Part shown: one piece after another, positions 46,470-56,845 of the stretch
Layout: every line of letters begins with the position of its first letter
Position numbering within the stretch: position 1 is the first letter of the stretch
DNA from: Ignavibacteriota bacterium
GTDB lineage: Bacteria > Bacteroidota > Ignavibacteria > UBA10030 > UBA6906
Direction: 5' to 3'
Assembly (NCBI GenBank): GCA_003158475.1
Contig: PMJR01000029.1
Coordinates: 1-63,844, forward strand
DNA: 63,844 nt
Notes under the pieces: generated by a model
The model's input: only the letters and a program-made list of their open reading frames with translations
Databases searched by the model: none
What the model was told of the DNA's origin: nothing
Position numbers and translations under genes: made by a program

Positions 46470-48794
46470 TCACAGGATGCTCGACACGCCCACCGTGAAA
46501 TAGAAACCGCGCGGTGCGGAGAGCCGCCATGTGAAATCCGCCCGGAACAGGTCGAATATCCTGCTGAGGCTGAATCCGGTTTCCGAATAGGTTCCTTCCC
46601 GTGCGAGCGCCGCAGGTGCATTCCTCGTCCATGCGCGCGCGACCCCGCCGAAAACAATAAGTTCGAGATTGCTCTGATACAGGAACGGAATGCCGAGCGC
46701 CAGGAACGGAATGTTCCGGAAATTGTGCTCGACATTCAGCGCGGCGTACCCCGTGCCCGTGAATTCTCTCGGGCGGGCCCCGCGCATGACGCCGAATGGC
46801 GCGAAAGCGTCCAGAGCGCTCTCGATGGAAAACAGGCGCTGCGGAGGAAGACTCCCGGCCGCCTCTCCGGCGGAGGCGCGAATCCGAAACCCCGGCTTCA
46901 GCAGATAGCTCTGTCCGAACGTCGGGACGCTGAGCGAAAGGACGCCTTCCACCCGTGTGAAGTCAAAATCCCCCCCGGTAAAGCCGGGGGATGAATGCTC
47001 GATTCCGACATCCAGCCCGTTCTGCAGAATGAAATCGAGAGGGACCGGGTCGCTTCCGAGACGGAAGTCAAAGCGCAGTGCGCTGAGCCTCCCCGTTGTG
47101 GCGGGAGGATTCACCCGGTAGGAACGCGATGGGTAGAACAGGCTGAAATTCGTACGCTGGGAGAGAGGCCCCTCGTCCTCCAGAGTATAAGTGAGCCGTG
47201 AATGGAAGTTTCCGGAGGGCCGGAAAACGAGGAAGCCCCTTCCCCCCTCGGTCCCGAAATAGTCCCGGTAATCCTGCTTGTCGAACAACGAGGAGAGTGA
47301 ATTTGCGAACGCATCGAAATATCCGCGGTCGGGTGCGTGATCGACCGTGCGGTACACCTCGACGCCGATACCGAACGACCTGTGCGGGCCCGGGTAGTAT
47401 GTGGCGCCCATGTTGTACTTTCCGTGCCTGTCGGAGAACCCGTACGCGAGCCCCGCGGTGAGTGAGAGGTTTTCCGTCACCGAGTCAAAGCGTGCGCTTG
47501 CTCCGGCATGAAACCCCTCGACCCGGTTGAACGAGACGTCGGCATAGGAGAATATTGTCCAGAGTGCTGTCCCCACGGATCCGGTCCCGAGGCCGAATGT
47601 CACGCCGGCCCCGCCCGGCCGGAACTGCACATCCAGGCTCTGTGTGGAATCAAGCGTGCGGTATGCCAGTTGTTCGAGCGAGTCGAGCGGGAGCACTGTG
47701 TTGGCTGCCCAGTAGGAGGAATCGAGCCGGGTGGCGCTCGAATCGACGCTGAGCCTCGGTTTCCTGAATATCGAATCGGGGATCGCCGTGTTGATGGAGT
47801 AATCGGAGATGACGGAAGTCTGTGTCAGCATGATGCGCGGGATGGAGAATCCGAGCACGCTGACAGTGAACGCCGCCTTGATTCGAATATCCGCCGGCAT
47901 CCAGTAGGACGATTCGTACAGACCGAATTCCTGCCTGTACCGGAGGTAGACATTCTTTGTGAATGGGATCTGGAAGGCGGCGTTGGGCTGAACGTCGACC
48001 CCGACAAGCGCGTACGACCCCCCCGCGATATTCACCGTTCCTTCGAACAGCGGGACAGTCAGCGTCCGCGGAATCATCCGGATCTCGTACACATCGTTCC
48101 CCCCCGCGGACCGTGTCCGGAGGAGCTTGTAGTCGTAGTAGTCAAGCGCATCGAGGGCTGTCGGACCGACAAACGTGTATCCGACGAAGCTGATCCTCTC
48201 CTCAGCGAAATTGAGAATGCGCCCCACGGACGCAAAATTGAACGCCGGCGGAACGTTTGCCGTCTGCCGGCGTTGCGTAACGATCTCCCGCAGCGTGTCC
48301 CCTTTCTGCCAGTAGCCTTTTGTAAACGATTCATTGATGGCGGCGACCGCCGTGTCCCGGTAGATCGTCTGGCGTGTGAATGCCTGCATTTCGTAAGACC
48401 GGAGGCGATCGATCCATCGCTGCTTGTTGGCGATCGCCTTGCGGATGATCCCGATCGCGGGGTCCTCCGAAGTGACGACGATCTCCGGAAGCACGATGTC
48501 CGATGGGCGCATGCGCTCATCATGCCGCATGTCCCCGTCCAGCCGGAGCGCAATCGTGTCATGGGCGTACCCCAGCATCGTGAAGAGGATTTTGTACTCC
48601 CCGATCGCGAGCGAAATCGAGTACTCCCCCGCGGCATTCGTGATTGTTCCCCGTGACGTGCCGATCACTCGTATGTTCGCGGCCGCAAGCGGTTCGTCTG
48701 TTACGGCGTCGCGCACGGTTCCTGTAAGTGACGCCGTTGCCGGGAATGCGATTGCCGCCTGGAGTGCGAAGAGGGAGAGGAGGAGCAGACGCAT
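46470..48794 (-). CDS. Outer-membrane protein with N-terminal CarboxypepD_reg domain (DUF5686-like family)
   Basis: Start at MRLLLLSLFALQAAIAFPATA (48794). CarboxypepD_reg block: TGTVRDAVTDEPLAAANIRVIGTSRGTITNAAGEYSISL...YKILFTMLGYA. The long beta-rich remainder ends in SSIL. Confidence 0.7.
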   Translation of the reverse strand: MRLLLLSLFALQAAIAFPATASLTGTVRDAVTDEPLAAANIRVIGTSRGTITNAAGEYSISLAIGEYKILFTMLGYAHDTIALRLDGDMRHDERMRPSDIVLPEIVVTSEDPAIGIIRKAIANKQRWIDRLRSYEMQAFTRQTIYRDTAVAAINESFTKGYWQKGDTLREIVTQRRQTANVPPAFNFASVGRILNFAEERISFVGYTFVGPTALDALDYYDYKLLRTRSAGGNDVYEIRMIPRTLTVPLFEGTVNIAGGSYALVGVDVQPNAAFQIPFTKNVYLRYRQEFGLYESSYWMPADIRIKAAFTVSVLGFSIPRIMLTQTSVISDYSINTAIPDSIFRKPRLSVDSSATRLDSSYWAANTVLPLDSLEQLAYRTLDSTQSLDVQFRPGGAGVTFGLGTGSVGTALWTIFSYADVSFNRVEGFHAGASARFDSVTENLSLTAGLAYGFSDRHGKYNMGATYYPGPHRSFGIGVEVYRTVDHAPDRGYFDAFANSLSSLFDKQDYRDYFGTEGGRGFLVFRPSGNFHSRLTYTLEDEGPLSQRTNFSLFYPSRSYRVNPPATTGRLSALRFDFRLGSDPVPLDFILQNGLDVGIEHSSPGFTGGDFDFTRVEGVLSLSVPTFGQSYLLKPGFRIRASAGEAAGSLPPQRLFSIESALDAFAPFGVMRGARPREFTGTGYAALNVEHNFRNIPFLALGIPFLYQSNLELIVFGGVARAWTRNAPAALAREGTYSETGFSLSRIFDLFRADFTWRLSAPRGFYFTVGVSSIL

Positions 48795-48873
48795 GCAGGG
48801 TGGTGCGGGGTTGGGGTAAGTGAATCCCGCGTGGCACGTGATATCGGGCAGCCGCGGGTCGGAGCTTGTGCGT

Positions 48874-48912
48874 AAAATACAAAAGGGCGCCCTGCATTGC
48901 AAGGCGCCCTTT
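48874..48912 (-). terminator. Strong intrinsic terminator after the hypothetical gene
   Basis: GGGCGCC (48885-48891) pairs with GGCGCCC (48903-48909) in a GC stem. On the minus strand it is followed by TTTTGTATTTT. The hairpin begins ~20 nt after the stop at 48933. Confidence 0.75.
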
Positions 48913-48932
48913 GACAGCTCCCCCCGGGAAAC

Positions 48933-49706
48933 TCAGCCGAGGAATTTGCCGTGGCGCAATTTCGAGAAGAACCCTCCCGGCTCTTTCTGCTCATCCTGGT
49001 CGTGGGCGGCCGGCGGGGGATCCTCCGCATCTTTCGGCGGCACAGGCTCGAGTATCTCTTCGAGTATTCTGGGGAGGCGGGAGGCTTCACGCCATATCGC
49101 CCGCTCCCGTTCCACCCGCTCGGCTTCTTTCTGGCGCCTCAGCTCTTCAAGCCTCTGGGAATCCTGTGTGCTCAGTGTCGAGCTCTCAGGCCTGCGTGAT
49201 GAAGGGGGGAAGGCGAACAGGCCGTTCATTCTCTGGCTCCCCGCTTTTCCTGTCTTCTGTCTCCTCATCATTTCGATCGCGGGAAGTAGCGTCTTTTCCG
49301 ATTCCATGAGCGTGGGACTGACGGGGTCAAGGAAGTACGCATTCATAAGCGAATCGAATGCGGTCTCATACGCGCCCTGGCGGATCAGCTCGCCGGCTTT
49401 CGATGTGAGCTTCCTGATCTGCGCGTCAACACCTTCCGGCTGCTGGGCCCTCTCACTCACCGGCTTTATCCCGTTTTCGAATCCGTTTCCGACTGTGAGT
49501 CCGAGAAATCTCCCACCACTCGAAGATTCTGAAGCGATGCGATGAATCCGCTCTACAATGGCGGTAATATAGATGTTATCGGGTTCCATGCTCTGCGCCA
49601 TTGTGAGATGGTGCATCGCGAGATCGAATTCATGGGCTTGTATATACTTTTCTGCAACGCGTATGATTTCTCGTGTTGCTGCGGACTGTTGTTGGCCTGC
49701 TTTCAT
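48933..49706 (-). CDS. Hypothetical protein (helical N-terminus, charged coiled-coil C-terminus)
   Basis: 257-aa ORF with coding-like composition. It has its own promoter-like element and its own terminator. I recognise no family motif. Confidence 0.55.
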   Translation of the reverse strand: MKAGQQQSAATREIIRVAEKYIQAHEFDLAMHHLTMAQSMEPDNIYITAIVERIHRIASESSSGGRFLGLTVGNGFENGIKPVSERAQQPEGVDAQIRKLTSKAGELIRQGAYETAFDSLMNAYFLDPVSPTLMESEKTLLPAIEMMRRQKTGKAGSQRMNGLFAFPPSSRRPESSTLSTQDSQRLEELRRQKEAERVERERAIWREASRLPRILEEILEPVPPKDAEDPPPAAHDQDEQKEPGGFFSKLRHGKFLG

Positions 49707-49744
49707 TGGGGAGGATCTCCTGCGGACGATACCGTCGGCTCGTT

Positions 49745-49773
49745 CCGCATGTAAAACCTACCAATTATTGGCC
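49745..49773 (-). promoter_or_regulatory. Sigma-70-like promoter candidate for the hypothetical gene
   Basis: Minus strand: TTGACA (49773-49768), 17 nt, TAGGTT (49750-49745). Confidence 0.4.
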
Positions 49774-49937
49774 CGAATGTCAATAGTTCGCAAAGAATCA
49801 AAGATATTATCGTTTTCGCTAATCGTAAAATTTGACGTTTGCAGCGTATATTCTTCAGCCTGATCACTTAAAGGATAATATGAGACGCGGAATTGAAATG
49901 ATTTGGGAGTTTACAAACTCCTTGATTATACTTGAAT

Positions 49938-51200
49938 ATGCCCGAGCAGGAAAAGCAGATTGTTGTCATAGGAGGAGGAGCCGCGGGGCTCATTGCAGCC
50001 TGGAAGGCTGCTTCGATGGGGGCCCCCGTCCTCTTGCTGGAGAGGAACAACAAGCCGGCGATCAAGATCCTGATATCCGGAGGGGGAAAGTGTAACGTCA
50101 CACACGACGGACCGATGGATGAAATGGGAAAAGCTTTCCTGAAGCGTGAGGAGCGTTTCCTGAGGTACGCTTTTCATTCGTTCACAAATGACGATATCCG
50201 GAGTATCCTCGCAGAAAGCGGAGTCCCGACGTTTGTCCAGCCGGACGGGAGAGTCTTCCCCGAAAGCCTTAGGGGGAATGATGTCGTAGGAGCACTCGTT
50301 GACCGTGTCCGGACCAAAGGAGGAGAAATCCGACTGAATGCCCGCGCCACCGGAATACTTTCAAGTGACGGGACAGTCGCGGGTGTCACGGTGGAGGGGG
50401 GGGAAATCGCGTCACGCCACGTCATACTCACAACGGGGGGGGCATCATATAAAAAAACCGGCACAACAGGTGACGGCATATCGTGGGGAGCCGGGTTCTC
50501 CCACACGATCATTCCGCTTCGCCCGGCGCTCGCCCCTCTCCGGGTCCATCCCCCGATCCCCACTGGATGGCGCGGCATTGCGATACGGGGAGGACGGCTC
50601 TCGCTCTCCGCCGGCGGCAGACAGATCGACTCGTGGCTGGGGGACATACTCTTCACCCATGAAGGGATCTCCGGCCCGGCGGCTCTCGGCCTGAGCCGCA
50701 GTGCCGCAGTTGCACTTGAAAAGGGGGATGTGGCGCTTTGTCTTGATTTCTTCCCCGCTGCGGATTTTACAGAACTTGACGGGGAGTTACGCCGGCTCAT
50801 CCTTGCCGGCCGTGGGAAGCAGATCGGTTCGGTTGTATGCGGGATGCTCCCTGACAGGATCGTACCGTTCCTTCTCGGGATAATTCAGGTACCCCCATCC
50901 ACCCGGGGATACGTCCTGACCCGTGACGCCCGGAGGAGGATCGTCGGTCTCCTGAAATCCTGGGAGATTGGCAAGATTGCCGGGATCGATATGGACCGGG
51001 GGGAAGTGACCGCCGGAGGGATTTCGCTCGACGAGATAGTCCCTCAAACAATGGAATCGAGGAACCTCAGGGGCCTTTACGTTGCGGGAGAAGTCCTCGA
51101 TATCGCGGGTCCGATCGGCGGTTACAATCTTCAGGCCGCTTTTTCCACCGGGTTCGTTGCCGGCATGTCTGCTGCGCGCAGTTGGCTGGAATCAGTTTGA
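49938..51200 (+). CDS. HI0933/BaiN-like NAD(P)/FAD-dependent oxidoreductase
   Basis: Motifs: VVIGGGAAGLIAAWKAA and GGGKCNVTH. ATG at 49938 is preferred over the TTG at 49932. Confidence 0.8.
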   Translation: MPEQEKQIVVIGGGAAGLIAAWKAASMGAPVLLLERNNKPAIKILISGGGKCNVTHDGPMDEMGKAFLKREERFLRYAFHSFTNDDIRSILAESGVPTFVQPDGRVFPESLRGNDVVGALVDRVRTKGGEIRLNARATGILSSDGTVAGVTVEGGEIASRHVILTTGGASYKKTGTTGDGISWGAGFSHTIIPLRPALAPLRVHPPIPTGWRGIAIRGGRLSLSAGGRQIDSWLGDILFTHEGISGPAALGLSRSAAVALEKGDVALCLDFFPAADFTELDGELRRLILAGRGKQIGSVVCGMLPDRIVPFLLGIIQVPPSTRGYVLTRDARRRIVGLLKSWEIGKIAGIDMDRGEVTAGGISLDEIVPQTMESRNLRGLYVAGEVLDIAGPIGGYNLQAAFSTGFVAGMSAARSWLESV

Positions 51201-51237
51201 TCGAATTCACACATCATCAGACCCGGGAGAAGGAGAG

Positions 51238-52104
51238 ATGCTCAACGGAAAAGTCGCAATCGTAACAGGCGCCTCGTCGGGAATAGGGGCGGCTCTTGCC
51301 ATGCAGATCTCGCGGGAAGGGGCTGCGGTCATCCTGGCTGCCCGCCGGAAGGAAAAGCTCGAACAACTGGCCAACGAGATCAACAGTGCCGGGCACATCG
51401 CGCTCCCCATCCCGGCCGATGTGACAAGGCGTCATGACGCGGAAATGCTCATCCAAACTGCGATCGAACGGTTCGGACGGGTCGACGTTCTGGTCAACAA
51501 TGCGGGCAGGGGGCACTTCGCCAGCGTGGAGGAGACCACTGACGAAATGATACGGAGCATGTTCGAGCTCAACGTCTATTCCCTCTGGTACACGACACGT
51601 CCCGCTCTCACACAGATGAAGAAGCAGGGGAGCGGCCATATAATCAACGTCGCCAGCATGGCAGGGAAGCTCGCCTACCCCTACAACAGCGCATACGTTG
51701 CGGCGAAACATGCCTGCGTCGGATTCACACATGCGCTCAGGATGGAGCTCGTGGAAACAGGCATACAGGCGACAGTGGTCTGTCCGGCAGGAGTCCTGAC
51801 GGAGTGGGCGGGTGTGACGGAGGGAGGATCCATGCTTCCGTTCTTCTCGGCCTCGGGACCGGTTATCAAACGGATCGCGATGGAGCGGGGCATTGCGCTC
51901 CCTGCCATCGAGGGGGCGATGAGGGCCGATGAAGTGGCCGCGCAAATCGTGAAATGCATTTACCACCCGGTGGCGGAGCTCTTCACGCACAAAGGATCAG
52001 AGGAATTCCTCCGGCTCCTTGCAGAGGACCGCGCAGAAGCGGAGAAGCATCAGACACCGGTAGTCCTGGGGGAAAGGGCGGCGTATGAACGGCTCAAAGC
52101 GTGA
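51238..52104 (+). CDS. Short-chain dehydrogenase/reductase
   Basis: Start at MLNGKVAIVTGASSGIGAALA with AGGAGA RBS. Motifs: NNAG and YNSAYVAAKHA (YxxxK). The track ORF begins 156 nt earlier, inside the previous gene. Confidence 0.85.
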   Translation: MLNGKVAIVTGASSGIGAALAMQISREGAAVILAARRKEKLEQLANEINSAGHIALPIPADVTRRHDAEMLIQTAIERFGRVDVLVNNAGRGHFASVEETTDEMIRSMFELNVYSLWYTTRPALTQMKKQGSGHIINVASMAGKLAYPYNSAYVAAKHACVGFTHALRMELVETGIQATVVCPAGVLTEWAGVTEGGSMLPFFSASGPVIKRIAMERGIALPAIEGAMRADEVAAQIVKCIYHPVAELFTHKGSEEFLRLLAEDRAEAEKHQTPVVLGERAAYERLKA

Positions 52105-53773
52105 GATCCGCCGTCGCCAGGAACTTCGGCCCCCTGCGGTTGTGCGTCGCCTGCTCGTAGGCGTATGCCATTCGGATGAGCGTTGATTCGCTCCATGCGC
52201 GGCCGAAAAATGAGATGCCGACCGGCAGACCGAATACGAACCCCGCCGGGACCGTCACGCTGGGATACCCGGCCACCGCGGCGGCCGTTGAGCTTCCTCC
52301 GATGTAATGGTCACCGTCGATGAAGTCGGTCACCCAGGCGGGGCCGTCCGTCGGGGCCACGAGCGCGTCGAGGTTGAACTTGTCCATCACCGCGTCGATC
52401 CCCTCCTTCCGGGAGAGCCTCCGGTTTGCCTCAAGCGCGTCGAGGTATTCCTTCTCGGTGAGGGCGCCCTTCGCCTCCGCCTTCAGGAACATCTCCTGGG
52501 CGAAATACGGCATCTCCCTGCTCCTGTTCCGCTCGTTGTACTCGATGATCTCTTTCAGCGTGTGGACAGGGGCACCGGGACCCAGCCGTGCGAGGTATGC
52601 GTTCAGATCCGTCTTGAGCTCGTAGAGAAGCACCGTGTTCTCGGTATCGTCGAATTTCCCTATCGTCTCGATATCGGCGGGATCGACAAGCACGGCTCCC
52701 TGTGCCTTAAGCACTTCCAGTGCCCGGTTGATCACCACGTCCACCTTGTCGAGGAATCCGAAGTACTTCCTCACGACCCCGATTCTCACCCCCTTCAGTC
52801 CCTGTGCGTCCAGGTTTTGCGTGTAGTCCGCCAGTGCTTTCCCCCCGCTCTCTCCTGTTGCCCTGTCCTCACCGTCGATTCCCGTCAACGCCCCGAGCAG
52901 TATCGCGGCATCGCGCACGGTGCGCGCCATGGGGCCCGGTGTGTCCTGGGAGTGGGAAATCGGTATGATCCCCGTGCGGCTGAGAAGCCCCACCGTCGGC
53001 TTGATGCCCACGAGACCGTTGATGGAGGAGGGACTGACGATCGAACCGTCGGTCTCCGTCCCCACCGCTACGGTACAGAGATTCGCCGTCACCGCCGCCG
53101 CGGAACCGGAACTCGAGCCTGACGTATTCCTGTCGAGGGCATACGGATTCTTCGTCAGCCCGCCCCTTCCGCTCCACCCGCTCGTCGAGTGGTTGGACCG
53201 TATGTTCGCCCACTCGCTCAGGTTTGTTTTTCCCAGAATGATTGCCCCCGCACGGCGGAGTTGCTTTACAATGAATGCGTCATCCGGCGGCTTCGAACCG
53301 ACAAGGGCCAGCGAACCGGCGGTGGTCGCCATCCTGTCCGACGTGTCGATATTGTCCTTGATAAGCACCGGTATGCCGTGCAGCGGTCCCCGCGGGCCCT
53401 TCACTTTCCTCTCCCTGTCCAGGCCGTCGGCGATCGAGAGGGCGTCCGGGTTCAGCTCGATCACGCTCCTGAGCGCGGGGCCCTGCCTGTCCGTTGTCTC
53501 GATGCGCGCGATGTATGATTCCGTGATGGAGCGTCCTGTGTACCTGCCCGACTTCATGCCCTCGGCAAGGTCACCGATCGTCTTCTCATCGAGCTCGGAA
53601 GCCTGGACCCCCGGAAGCGGATCAGGAAGGGGAGAGGTCTCTCCGGTGAGCATCCCTCCCGGAAGGGCCGCCATAAGCACCCCTCCGGAAAAGCCGGTCC
53701 TGAGGAAACTTCTCCGGGAGATATGGCCATCGTGTCGGTCCGTGCTGGCAGCGTCGTTCGCAGCGTCTTTCAT
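52094..53773 (-). CDS. Amidase-signature enzyme with a Tat-type signal peptide
   Basis: Start at MKDAAND (GGAGGA RBS). Twin-arginine motif: SRRSFLRTGF. Amidase signature: GSSSGSAAAV. Its 3' end overlaps the convergent SDR gene by 11 nt. Confidence 0.85.
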   Translation of the reverse strand: MKDAANDAASTDRHDGHISRRSFLRTGFSGGVLMAALPGGMLTGETSPLPDPLPGVQASELDEKTIGDLAEGMKSGRYTGRSITESYIARIETTDRQGPALRSVIELNPDALSIADGLDRERKVKGPRGPLHGIPVLIKDNIDTSDRMATTAGSLALVGSKPPDDAFIVKQLRRAGAIILGKTNLSEWANIRSNHSTSGWSGRGGLTKNPYALDRNTSGSSSGSAAAVTANLCTVAVGTETDGSIVSPSSINGLVGIKPTVGLLSRTGIIPISHSQDTPGPMARTVRDAAILLGALTGIDGEDRATGESGGKALADYTQNLDAQGLKGVRIGVVRKYFGFLDKVDVVINRALEVLKAQGAVLVDPADIETIGKFDDTENTVLLYELKTDLNAYLARLGPGAPVHTLKEIIEYNERNRSREMPYFAQEMFLKAEAKGALTEKEYLDALEANRRLSRKEGIDAVMDKFNLDALVAPTDGPAWVTDFIDGDHYIGGSSTAAAVAGYPSVTVPAGFVFGLPVGISFFGRAWSESTLIRMAYAYEQATHNRRGPKFLATADLTL

Positions 53774-53884
53774 TGATGATTCCTCCGTCGTGTGAGCATT
53801 GCATCCCCCAGGGAATGGTCTCCTCGGGAATCTACCCTGATCGACTCTGAGAATCAAGCAACGTGCCGGCGTACCTTAGATCGC

Positions 53885-55351
53885 TTACCTTACATCGTAC
53901 CGCTGAAAAGCAAGGAACGCGCCCGCGAACGCCATCAGGGAAAAAACAGCCAGCAGGCCGGCGTCGATCACCGCGGAGGCCGCAGTCTCGCTAAACCGGA
54001 TCACGGGTGGGAGGAACGCCGGCAGATCGCTGACATCGAGCGTCCCCCGTTCTCTCGGCGCGCTGAAATGGAATCCCGTCTGGCTGTCAACCGTGATGCG
54101 GAATCCTCCCTGCCCCCCCGTTTCCTTCTGTTTCCTCCCGACATACTGCGTAAATGCGGTCCGGTATTCGCGCATCGCGTCCTCGTAGCGTGACTTCAGG
54201 GACACGCCCGTTCCCGCGAGGCTCATCGAGGCCAGCTGATAGGCGGATGCGGGAGAGATCCGCGAGAGGGCAAATGCGAGGTGTTCCTGATTCAGCTTCC
54301 GGTTCCTGAGATCCTCGTTCACGCGGGTGGAATACGTGTCGATGTCCTTCTGCACGCTCATCCTCCCCGCTTCATCGTCGTTCGACCACTCCTTTTCCTT
54401 CTCCTGCTCATACGCTTCCCGTTCCTCTTTCGTCATTCCCTTCATCGCCTCCTGCCTCCCCTGCCACCGCCCTTCCATCTCCTTCATTTGCCCCTCCCAC
54501 CTGTCCTTTGCAAATGCATCGATCCGGGCTTCGATCTCTGCGATGCTCGGCACGGGGTCCGCCGCTGCGGCCGCCATCACGCCGAGGCGGGGGACGATCA
54601 GCACCAGCGTCACCCATACAGCAAGCGAGAGGAGGAACGATGTCGCGGAACGCCGCGTCAGGGTCGAGATCAGGATGCCCAGCGCGATGAAAAACGTGAA
54701 GAACAGAAGCGAGACAAGGAGAAAAAACCCGAGCCGGGCCCAGTGGTCGGGTGCGAGCGGTATCCCGTGAAGCATCACGAGAAGGACCGCGAGCAGCACC
54801 GGGACGAGCAGGGGGACGACCAGGGCGAGCCACGACCCGGCGAGCTTTGCCAGTATGTACGCGGACCGGGGGACCGGGTTGGAGAATGTAAGCTGCAGTG
54901 TCCCCCCTTCGCGCTCCCCGTTGACAGCATCATATGTGAAAAGTATCGCAAAGAGCGAGAGGACCACCTGGACGATGAACGAGAAATCGATCGACCGGAA
55001 GAGTGCGAAGATCGGGTCGTCGGCGTACGTGCTGTTCTTCAGCTTCACGTCCTCGAACCCGTTGATAGCGGAGAGGCGCCCGATATCGTTGTTGACCCCG
55101 GGTATGAATATCTGCATCGGGTCGGGCATCCGGTACGTCGTGGTCGTGAGCCCCATCCATGAGGCCTGCGTCCGGACATTTTGAGCGGCAAGCTGCAGCG
55201 CCTCGTCGTACTGGCGTACCGCTGTCCGGTATTCACGTATGCCGATGAAGATACTCAGGAGGATGAGGAGAGAGCAGACCGCGAACGTCGCGGCGAACTT
55301 CGGGCTGGCGAGAATCGCCTTGAGTTCCTTTACGATCAATGTTCCGAGCAT
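53885..55351 (-). CDS. ABC-2-type transporter permease with a large charged coiled-coil insertion (paralog B)
   Basis: 488 aa. N-terminus MLGTLIVKELKAILASPKF parallels the upstream paralog. About 6 TM helices. Insertion: EIEARIDAFAKDRWEGQMKEMEGRWQ... Confidence 0.75.
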   Translation of the reverse strand: MLGTLIVKELKAILASPKFAATFAVCSLLILLSIFIGIREYRTAVRQYDEALQLAAQNVRTQASWMGLTTTTYRMPDPMQIFIPGVNNDIGRLSAINGFEDVKLKNSTYADDPIFALFRSIDFSFIVQVVLSLFAILFTYDAVNGEREGGTLQLTFSNPVPRSAYILAKLAGSWLALVVPLLVPVLLAVLLVMLHGIPLAPDHWARLGFFLLVSLLFFTFFIALGILISTLTRRSATSFLLSLAVWVTLVLIVPRLGVMAAAAADPVPSIAEIEARIDAFAKDRWEGQMKEMEGRWQGRQEAMKGMTKEEREAYEQEKEKEWSNDDEAGRMSVQKDIDTYSTRVNEDLRNRKLNQEHLAFALSRISPASAYQLASMSLAGTGVSLKSRYEDAMREYRTAFTQYVGRKQKETGGQGGFRITVDSQTGFHFSAPRERGTLDVSDLPAFLPPVIRFSETAASAVIDAGLLAVFSLMAFAGAFLAFQRYDVR

Positions 55352-55400
55352 ACACGTACTCCCTTCGTCGTGATGAGATCACCGTCCCTGGCTTCTCCGC

Positions 55401-56813
55401 TCACCGGAGGTCGTACCGCCGGAATGCCGCGTGGGCGACCGCAAAGAACACCAGGATGCAGAGGACGAGTAGCGCCAGGTCGGTCATGGCCGGCGGCAGC
55501 ACATCCGCCAACACGGCTTCCTCTGAGACGAACACCGGCAGTTCGTGCGTGTCAATCGGTTTGGGCTTCTCCGTCTCATCGGTCCTCACCCGGAATACCA
55601 TTCCACCTCCGGGGTTCATCCCGGTCTTGTCCAGAATGAACTTGCCGAATGATTGCTGGTATCCCCGGGCGGCGCCGAGATAGCGGTCCTTCATCGACAC
55701 GGACGTCCCCGCCAGCGTCGCCGCCGCGAGCGAGAATGAGGCCGAAGGGGATATCCGCGCGATCCCGAGAGCCACCGCCGACTGAAGTGCCTGCCTGTTT
55801 GCACGCTCTTCGTTCAAACGGGCGGAAAACTCGTCCAGTTTTTTCTGACGCTCGTCGGCGATTGCGCCCATGAACCCCTGGAATTCCTCCACCATTTTCC
55901 GCATGTCGCCGGTTTTCGCCGGCGAGAAACCGCTCATCTTCTGGCGGTCCTCCGTGAAGAGCTGCTCGGAATACCGGAACTTCTTCGCGTTGATGTCGTC
56001 CAGCGAAGGCACGTCGACTGCGCGTCCCGCGATGAGTATTGCGCTCCGGGGGACAATCAGCACCGCGAATATCCAGAGTACGAGAAGCGTCAGGAAGGCA
56101 TTCGATGAACGGAGGGTCATCGAGGAGACGGCGATCCCGATCGTCAGGAATGCCCCGAAATACAGTATCCCGGCCGCGATAATCAGCGCGAGTCTCGTCC
56201 ACTCGTCCGCCGAAAGCGGGACGCCGAGAAGCGAGAACATCACGCATCCGAGGAGTACCGGCACCAGGAGGGGAACCGCAAGCGCGATGAACGCACCGAT
56301 GAGTTTCCCGGCGATGAACGTATGCCGGGGGAGCGGATTGGCGAACGACAGCCGCATCGTCCCCCGTTCCTTCTCGCCGCAGATCGCGTCGTAGGCGAAC
56401 AGAATGGCGAAGAGGGAGAGGACGGTCTGGAAAATGAATTCCAGATCGAGGAACCGGAACATGGCAAACACCGGCTCCTCGCCGTAGCGCGTGTCATCCT
56501 GCGGCAGTTCGCCGCGGCCATGCACCTCCGTCGTCCGGCCGATGTCGTTTGACACTCCGGCGACAAGCGACGCCAGGGGGCGGGGGGGGAGAAATATCCG
56601 GTTGTTCCGTACCATCATCCAGTCTGTGATCCCTTCCATCTTCTTCAGGTTCTCCCGCCTGGCCGCTTCATACCGCCCAACGTCTGCGTTGTATCCCGCC
56701 GCGCCCATGAAAAATGCGAGCAGTATGAGTAAGGCACAGGCCGCAAACGAGACGGTGAATTTCGTCGAGGTGATGATGTCGCGGAGCTCTTTTTCGATCA
56801 CCAGTTTCAGCAT
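55401..56813 (-). CDS. ABC-2-type transporter permease (paralog A)
   Basis: Start taken at MLKLVIEKELRDIITSTKF (GGAGGA RBS, 6-nt spacing). An alternative ATG at 56849 forms an ATGA overlap with the ATPase stop. The long track ORF (to 57149) overlaps the ATPase gene. Confidence 0.75.
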   Translation of the reverse strand: MLKLVIEKELRDIITSTKFTVSFAACALLILLAFFMGAAGYNADVGRYEAARRENLKKMEGITDWMMVRNNRIFLPPRPLASLVAGVSNDIGRTTEVHGRGELPQDDTRYGEEPVFAMFRFLDLEFIFQTVLSLFAILFAYDAICGEKERGTMRLSFANPLPRHTFIAGKLIGAFIALAVPLLVPVLLGCVMFSLLGVPLSADEWTRLALIIAAGILYFGAFLTIGIAVSSMTLRSSNAFLTLLVLWIFAVLIVPRSAILIAGRAVDVPSLDDINAKKFRYSEQLFTEDRQKMSGFSPAKTGDMRKMVEEFQGFMGAIADERQKKLDEFSARLNEERANRQALQSAVALGIARISPSASFSLAAATLAGTSVSMKDRYLGAARGYQQSFGKFILDKTGMNPGGGMVFRVRTDETEKPKPIDTHELPVFVSEEAVLADVLPPAMTDLALLVLCILVFFAVAHAAFRRYDLR

Positions 56814-56845
56814 GGAGTGTCCTCCGTGGTTTGCCCGTGTCCGGC